Below, piece by piece: positions 58,103 to 64,000 of a stretch of DNA of 64,000 bases (the stretch's first letter is position 1; each line of letters opens with the position of its first letter). The position numbers and the translations under genes were made by a program. The notes under the pieces were generated by a model, which saw only the letters and a program-made list of their open reading frames with translations, had not been told where the DNA came from and searched no databases. Source of the DNA: Gemmatimonadota bacterium (GTDB lineage: Bacteria > Gemmatimonadota > Gemmatimonadetes > Gemmatimonadales > GWC2-71-9); the NCBI GenBank assembly GCA_036679645.1, contig JAZDCY010000011.1, forward strand, positions 64,001 through 128,000. The letters run 5' to 3'.

Positions 58103-58758
58103 GCGACGACACGATCCGCATAGTGATCGCCGATGACCACACTATCGTGCGGGAGGGCATCCGCTCGGTGCTCGAGACGGCCGGGGATCTCGACGTCGTG
58201 GGCGAGGCGGCGACGGGTGCCGAGGCACTTCGGCTGGTGGAAGACCTGTCGCCCGACGTACTCGTGCTCGATATCTCGATGCCCGAGGGGTCGGGCCTGG
58301 ATGTCACGCGCCAGCTGCGCACTGCCGGTTCCGCGGTCCCACGTGTCCTGATCCTGAGCGTCTACGACGACACCGAGTTCGTGGTCGAGGCCGTGCGTGC
58401 GGGCGCCGCCGGCTATCTGCGGAAGGACTCATCTCCCTCGGAGCTACGCGATGCGGTGCGCACCGTGCATCGGGGAGAGGAGTATTTCTCTCCCGCGGTG
58501 GCCAGCCGCCTCAGCTCCGCCATCCGAGATGGCTCGCCGCGCCGCGCAGCGACGCCGCTTGACGTGCTCACGAGCCGGGAACGAGAGGTCCTTGCACTAG
58601 TCGCCACCGGGCTCACGAACAAGGAGGTCGCCGCGCGTCTCGGGATAAGTCACAGGACTGTCGAAAGTCATCGTGAACATCTCGTGAAGAAGCTGGGTGT
58701 GCAGTCGGTTGCCGAATTGACCAAACTGGCACTGAAATCGGGACTTATCGCCGATTGA
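58099..58758 (+). CDS. NarL/LuxR-family response regulator
   Basis: ADDH, LDISMP, LTSREREVL, TVESHR. Confidence 0.95.
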   Translation: MSDDTIRIVIADDHTIVREGIRSVLETAGDLDVVGEAATGAEALRLVEDLSPDVLVLDISMPEGSGLDVTRQLRTAGSAVPRVLILSVYDDTEFVVEAVRAGAAGYLRKDSSPSELRDAVRTVHRGEEYFSPAVASRLSSAIRDGSPRRAATPLDVLTSREREVLALVATGLTNKEVAARLGISHRTVESHREHLVKKLGVQSVAELTKLALKSGLIAD

Positions 58759-58854
58759 TTCCGTAGAAACCCGGATCTCCCATCCGTAGCTCGCCGAATA
58801 GCATCCTTTCAAACGCTGTCTATCGTGAAGCGAATCATGTACGGAGGCTTCACG

Positions 58855-61026
58855 ATGAGACGATTTCTTTTTGCGGCCGCCGCGGTCGCTATCACGGCCA
58901 CGACGGCCCACGCGCAGCGACGCACCGATTCCATCCCGCGCGACACCGTCCGGCTGACACCCATTGTGGTGACGGCTACCCGGCGTGCGGTGGATGTCTT
59001 CAATGTCCCGGTCCCGGTGAGCGTGCTGGACCGCGCCACGATCCGGGAGCGGGTCCCGAATTCCGTGTCCGATCTCTTCCGGGGGCTACCTGGCCTCGAC
59101 GTGAGCGGCATTGGGGCCAACCAGGTCCGCCCGGTCATTCGGGGCCAGCGCGGCGCGCGCATCCTGCTCCTGACGGACGGGATCCGCCTGAGCAACTCCC
59201 GGCGTCAGCAGGACTTTGGTGAGATACCGGCGCTGGTCGACATCTCGGCCGTCGAGCGGGTGGAAGTGGTACGCGGTCCGGCGTCCGTGCTCTATGGGAG
59301 TGATGCCATCGGCGGCGTCATCAACATCATCACGAATCGTTCGGCGCTTCCCGGCCTGCACGGGTCGGCCGGATACCGCTACAGCGGCCACGACGACCAG
59401 CAGCGCGTCGTGGGAAGCGTCGCCGGGAAGTTTGGTGACCTGACCGTCCGGGCTCGCGGCTCGTACCGCGACACCGATCCCTACAGCGCGCCGGCGGGCT
59501 CCTTCGGCAATATCACGCTGGCCAACGACGTTCGCGTCGAGGACTCGGGCGTCCAGGACGAGAGTTTCGACGGGTACCTGGGCTATGACCTCTCCTCAGG
59601 TCAAGACGTCTTCGTCAAGTACGAGCGGTACAGCGCCGACTCGGCCGGTTTCGGTTTTGTAGATCCGGCGGCGTTCTCGCCGGGTGATCCGCTCGTCCAG
59701 ATCCGGTATCCAAGACAGCGGTTCGACAAGGTGACCGCCGGATACCGCGGGATCGGCGTGACGCTGCCTTTTGCGGATCGCGTCGACGCGGTCGCGTATT
59801 GGCAGGACAACGACCGGCTTCTCAACTTCGATCTCCAGATCCCGACTGGCGGTGCGCCGGGGCCGGATAGCGTCGTCGTCAATCAACGGAACGTGACCAG
59901 CATCGAGACCGTGGGCGGACGACTCGAGTTCGCTAAGCTCATCGGCTCCGCCGTCACGCTGACCTACGGTGTGGATTTCTTTCGGGACGCCACGACGAAT
60001 ACCGACACCAGCATGTCGGCCACCTACTTCGCGGCGCCCCCGTTTCCCGGTGGTCCCACCGTGTTCGAGGATCCCACGGTCACGACTCCAAACGTTCCCA
60101 ATGCGCGCTTCCGCTCAATCGGCGCTTTCGTTCAGAGTGAGATTGCGATTGCCCCCCGGGCCACTGTGATTCTCGGCGCCCGCTATCAGGACGTGAATGC
60201 GTCCACGCGCGAGACGCCCGGACTCACCGGACCGACGGTCAGTGCGACGGACCGGACGGTTGTCGGCGCGGCGAACGTGATTGTTGGGCTGACCAATCGG
60301 GTGAGCGTGCTCGGATCGGTGGGTCGAGCCTTCCGCTCGCCGAACCTCATCGAGCGCTTCTTCAACGGGCCCATAGAAGGCCTGTTCCAGGTGCCGAACA
60401 CCGACCTCGAGGCCGAGACGAGCTTCAACGTCGACTTGGGGCTGCGGTACCGCGATAGCCGATTCTATTTCGAAGGCTTCGTGTTCCAGAATCAGATCTT
60501 CGACGGCATTCGGAGCCAGGCAACGGGCGACACGGTCGCGACGCTCCCGGCCTTCACCAACGTGAACGTAGAAGAGCTGCGTGCCCGCGGCGTCGAGCTG
60601 AACGGCGATGTGCAGCTACCGCTTGGATTCGGTGTGGGTGCCCACTTCACGCACTTGGATACGCAGAACGTGACGGAAGACCAGAACAGCCCGATTGGCG
60701 ATGGTTTCTCGACGCAGATCGGCGGATTCCTCCGGTATCGCGCCCCGTCGGGGCGGTTCTTTGGCGAGTACACGGTACGTCACAATGGGGAGCGGGACGA
60801 TTCCGAGATCCTCTCTGGGAATCCCATTGGCACGACGCTTCCCGCGTTCACCGTGCACTCGCTCCGGGCGGGTGTCACCGTGTTCCGTCGTGGAACCCAC
60901 GCACATCGGGTCACCGTTGCCGTCCGCAACCTCACGAACGAGTTGTACGCTGAGTTCGCAAACGCGAGTTTCTTCCGGCCGGAGCCGGGACGGCATCTCG
61001 TTGTTGCCTACGACCTGACGTTCTAA
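58855..61026 (+). CDS. TonB-dependent receptor (heme/siderophore-like)
   Basis: TonB box IVVTATR, VERVEVVRGPASVLYGSDAIGGVINIIT plug, C-terminal Phe; GGAGG RBS. Confidence 0.95.
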   Translation: MRRFLFAAAAVAITATTAHAQRRTDSIPRDTVRLTPIVVTATRRAVDVFNVPVPVSVLDRATIRERVPNSVSDLFRGLPGLDVSGIGANQVRPVIRGQRGARILLLTDGIRLSNSRRQQDFGEIPALVDISAVERVEVVRGPASVLYGSDAIGGVINIITNRSALPGLHGSAGYRYSGHDDQQRVVGSVAGKFGDLTVRARGSYRDTDPYSAPAGSFGNITLANDVRVEDSGVQDESFDGYLGYDLSSGQDVFVKYERYSADSAGFGFVDPAAFSPGDPLVQIRYPRQRFDKVTAGYRGIGVTLPFADRVDAVAYWQDNDRLLNFDLQIPTGGAPGPDSVVVNQRNVTSIETVGGRLEFAKLIGSAVTLTYGVDFFRDATTNTDTSMSATYFAAPPFPGGPTVFEDPTVTTPNVPNARFRSIGAFVQSEIAIAPRATVILGARYQDVNASTRETPGLTGPTVSATDRTVVGAANVIVGLTNRVSVLGSVGRAFRSPNLIERFFNGPIEGLFQVPNTDLEAETSFNVDLGLRYRDSRFYFEGFVFQNQIFDGIRSQATGDTVATLPAFTNVNVEELRARGVELNGDVQLPLGFGVGAHFTHLDTQNVTEDQNSPIGDGFSTQIGGFLRYRAPSGRFFGEYTVRHNGERDDSEILSGNPIGTTLPAFTVHSLRAGVTVFRRGTHAHRVTVAVRNLTNELYAEFANASFFRPEPGRHLVVAYDLTF

Positions 61027-61027
61027 C

Positions 61028-61741
61028 ATGCGCGAGCCCGTTCTCTTCATACCAATTGCGACCACGTTCATAGCCCTCGTGTTCGCAGGCGTCATCTTCG
61101 CGCGCTACCGCGAGCGGCGTACCGGGGCTCACCTCCTGTGGTGGACATTTGGCATTCTCGCGTACGGGACGGGTACGTTCGTCGAGGCGGCGGTCACCCT
61201 CACCGGGTGGAACCTGGTGCTGTTCAAGGCCTGGTACGTCAGCGGGGCGCTGCTGGGCGGCGCGCCGCTGGCGCAGGGGACGGTCTACCTGCTGTTCTCG
61301 CGCCGCACCGCCAACCGTCTCACGGCGGTGCTCGTGCCGTTCTTCCTTGTCGCCGCGACCGCGGTGATCCTCTCGCCCGTGAACTACGCCCTCGTCGAGC
61401 CGTACCGGCTCACGGGATCCGTGATGGAATGGCACTGGGCACGCCTGTTCAGTCCGTTCATTAACACGTACGCCGCCACGTTCCTGATTGGCGGCGCGGT
61501 TGTGTCGGCCATGCGGTATCGTAGGTCAGCCGATACACATCACCGGTTCATCGGGAACGTGCTTATCGCGATCGGGGCGCTGTTACCGGGTATCGGTGGG
61601 ACGGCGACGCGGTTTGGCCATACGGAGGTTCTCTACGTCACGGAGTTCGTGGGGCTGCTGCTGATCTGGGCTGGGTATTGGTGGAACGTGAAGGTCCCGG
61701 TGCCCGCTCCGCCGCGAGAGCAGCTTGTGCCCGCCACTTGA
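61028..61741 (+). CDS. Integral membrane hypothetical protein (about 7 TM)
   Basis: Hydrophobic helices; operonic with the TonB receptor. Confidence 0.75.
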   Translation: MREPVLFIPIATTFIALVFAGVIFARYRERRTGAHLLWWTFGILAYGTGTFVEAAVTLTGWNLVLFKAWYVSGALLGGAPLAQGTVYLLFSRRTANRLTAVLVPFFLVAATAVILSPVNYALVEPYRLTGSVMEWHWARLFSPFINTYAATFLIGGAVVSAMRYRRSADTHHRFIGNVLIAIGALLPGIGGTATRFGHTEVLYVTEFVGLLLIWAGYWWNVKVPVPAPPREQLVPAT

Positions 61742-62007
61742 CCACGGTCGGCCTCGGCGCGCGCCGGGGCCGACGACCACCTTTCCGAGCGTCTGGCTTC
61801 GACTGATTCCTCCCCGGCGAACGTAGACTGGCCGCCCAGTCAGTTAATTGACGACGGCCGAAGGCGGCAAGTGCTCGTTCAGAGGCTCAGCGGTGGTGAA
61901 GCAGGGAGGGAACCTTCTCGCCACTCGGGCTGATAATCAGATCATGCACGTGGCTCGACCCGGTTCGGGCCGTTGCCCCCAGACACCCGCTGTCCGAGGG
62001 AGGGTCG

Positions 62008-63087
62008 ATGCGCGCGCTGTCCGTCCTGTCCGTTCTGTCGTTGCTGTACGCCCCGTCAGTCTCCTCTGCCACACCGACCCCGACCGACACCGAGGAACCC
62101 TATTTGGCTATCCGGACGGGTCTCAAGTGTTCGGCCTGCCATACAAACATCACCGGCGGCGGGAACCGATCCCAGTTCGGGTCGCTCTACGCCCAGACAC
62201 AACTTCCCGCGCGTCCGGGGACGTTCGTTAGCAAAGCGGTAGCAGATTTCCTCAACGTTGGGTTCGATTTTCGGGTGGAGGGATCGGGCACCGTCGAGAC
62301 ATCCGACCCCCGCACGCGGCTCGGGCTGATTGAGGCCCAGGTCTATTTCGAGGCCCGGTTCCTCAACGGGCAGCTGACCCTGTACATCGATGAGACGGTT
62401 GGGCCCAACGCCGCGGTTTCCCGCGAAGCGTTCGCCCTGGTCCGTTCGGGTAGCGGCTACGCCAAGGCCGGTAAGTTCCTGCTGCCCTACGGTCTGCGCC
62501 TACCGGACGACGACGAGTTCATTCGCAGCATCACGGGGTTCTCGTACTTCACGCCGGACCAGGGGATCGAGGTGGGGTTCGAGCCTGGCCCGCTCCAGTT
62601 CGCCGTCGCGCTGACGAACGGCGAGGTCGGGATGCAGGAGAGCAACAGCGGGAAACAGATCACGTCCAGCGCCGCACTCGTATTCCGCAATCTGCGGCTC
62701 GGCGGGTCCGCGTCACGCGACCACGACCCCGACGGGGTGCGGGATGTCGCGGGTGGGTTCGGTGGCCTGTCGTTGGGGCCCATCGTCCTCCTCGGCGAAG
62801 TCGATTACATCCGGGAAGATCCCGATGCCGGCGCCCAGGTCGAGCAGCTGGCCGCATATGTGGAAGCCAATATTCTGGCAGCCCGTGGCATAAATCTGAA
62901 GGCCACGTTTGGGTACTTCGATCCGGATCTCGAGTTCGACAGCGGCACCCAGAGACGCTCGCGGTTTGGGCTGGAGGTTTTCCCTGTCCCGTTCGTTCGT
63001 CTCGCCGGTTTCTATACGCTGCTGGACTTCGACCAGGGCGGTAACGACCGAGATCGCCTCAGCGTCGAAGCACATGTACATTTCTAG
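62008..63087 (+). CDS. Second CxxCH-containing outer-membrane beta-barrel
   Basis: EPYLAIRTGLKCSACHTNITGGG; AGKFLLPYGLR; C-terminal Phe. Confidence 0.8.
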   Translation: MRALSVLSVLSLLYAPSVSSATPTPTDTEEPYLAIRTGLKCSACHTNITGGGNRSQFGSLYAQTQLPARPGTFVSKAVADFLNVGFDFRVEGSGTVETSDPRTRLGLIEAQVYFEARFLNGQLTLYIDETVGPNAAVSREAFALVRSGSGYAKAGKFLLPYGLRLPDDDEFIRSITGFSYFTPDQGIEVGFEPGPLQFAVALTNGEVGMQESNSGKQITSSAALVFRNLRLGGSASRDHDPDGVRDVAGGFGGLSLGPIVLLGEVDYIREDPDAGAQVEQLAAYVEANILAARGINLKATFGYFDPDLEFDSGTQRRSRFGLEVFPVPFVRLAGFYTLLDFDQGGNDRDRLSVEAHVHF

Positions 63088-63105
63088 GGTCCTTGCAGAG
63101 AAGTT

Positions 63106-64000
63106 GTGCCAGAGTTCTCACGTCGTGATCCCGTCATCTTCGATCGACTGGTTGAGCATTCCCTGGACATGGTCCTCGTGCTCGATGCAGCCGAGACGAT
63201 CCTATACGCCACCCCGGCGTTGGAGCGGGTCCTCGGGTATGCCCCGGAAGAACTAATCGGCGCGAACACGCTCGAGTTCGTCCATGCGGATGACGTCGAG
63301 CGCGTCGCGCGGTTCCTGGCCGTACAGATGGCAACGCCGGGTATCGCGCCGCCGATTGAGATGCGGTTCCGGGAAGCCCAGGGTGGGTACAGACTCCTAG
63401 AGGTCGTAGGTAACAACCTCATGGGTGACCCCCGCGTGGGGGCCCTCGTACTGAATGCTCGGGACATCACGGAATGGGACGCGACACGGCGCGCGCTGCG
63501 AGAGAGCGAGCAGCGCTATCGCGCGTTCGTCGAGCGAAGCAGCGAGGGCATTTTCCGCTTCGAGCTGGAACCGCCTGTGCCTACCTCGCTTCCGATTGAC
63601 GATCAGATCACGCAGTGGTATGAGTGCGCCCGGCTCGCCGAGGGGAATACGGCGCTCGCGCGGATGCTGGGGCGTGAGGCAGCGACAGACGTGATCGGCA
63701 TGCGGCTCGCCGATATGCTGCCTCCGGACGATCCGGCCAGTTGGCAGTTCTTGCGGACGTTTGCGAGTGCGGGCTTCCACGTCACCGACGCGCAGACCCG
63801 TGAGCGCAACGGCGACGGGTCGGAACGGTGGTACCGCAACAACCTGCTCGGCGTCACCGATCACGGCCTGATGGTCCGCATGTGGGGCCTCAAGCGGGAT
63901 GTCACGCACCACGAGGTCGCGGACGAGCTCGTGCAGCAGTCGGAATCGCGTCTCCGTCGCATGCTGCAGCAGGCCCCCGCCATACTCTGGACCACGGACG
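63106..64000 (+). CDS. Multi-PAS sensor protein (partial, runs off window)
   Basis: LGYAPEELIG..EFVHADD, NARDITE, LRESEQRYRAFVE PAS motifs; open to the window end. Confidence 0.85.
   Translation, partial: MPEFSRRDPVIFDRLVEHSLDMVLVLDAAETILYATPALERVLGYAPEELIGANTLEFVHADDVERVARFLAVQMATPGIAPPIEMRFREAQGGYRLLEVVGNNLMGDPRVGALVLNARDITEWDATRRALRESEQRYRAFVERSSEGIFRFELEPPVPTSLPIDDQITQWYECARLAEGNTALARMLGREAATDVIGMRLADMLPPDDPASWQFLRTFASAGFHVTDAQTRERNGDGSERWYRNNLLGVTDHGLMVRMWGLKRDVTHHEVADELVQQSESRLRRMLQQAPAILWTTD

Overview
High-GC bacterial chromosome segment. It is most likely Gemmatimonadota, inferred from gene repertoire, GWxTD/AraC/SPOR/kinase families and gene order, not from a search. 1-32.7 kb is core genome around the replication origin: polA, csp, slt, rnpB, dnaN-oriC-dnaA, rpmH-rnpA-yidD-yidC-mnmE, ddl, queD, cbs, mutS, holA, an ECF sigma, upp and tRNA-Phe. 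32.7-48 kb is an accessory region after tRNA-Phe. It holds a DUF1611/PLP-racemase pair with a structured leader, several gene remnants, two toxin-antitoxin pairs and a YtrABC-like module. Its most striking content is six co-oriented 5' ends of one Ser/Thr kinase family, of which only two are complete and these carry different sensor C-termini. The copies come with two recurring leader types, one a tandem CTTTAG-core hairpin element that interrupts the upstream kinase stub. This is the best candidate for an undescribed kinase-cassette insertion/shuffling system. 48-64 kb holds a D-aminoacylase and a copper/heme envelope cluster: a sigma54-driven cupredoxin, two CxxCH beta-barrels, two two-component systems and a TonB receptor. 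All calls come from reading the sequence; no database searches were run.
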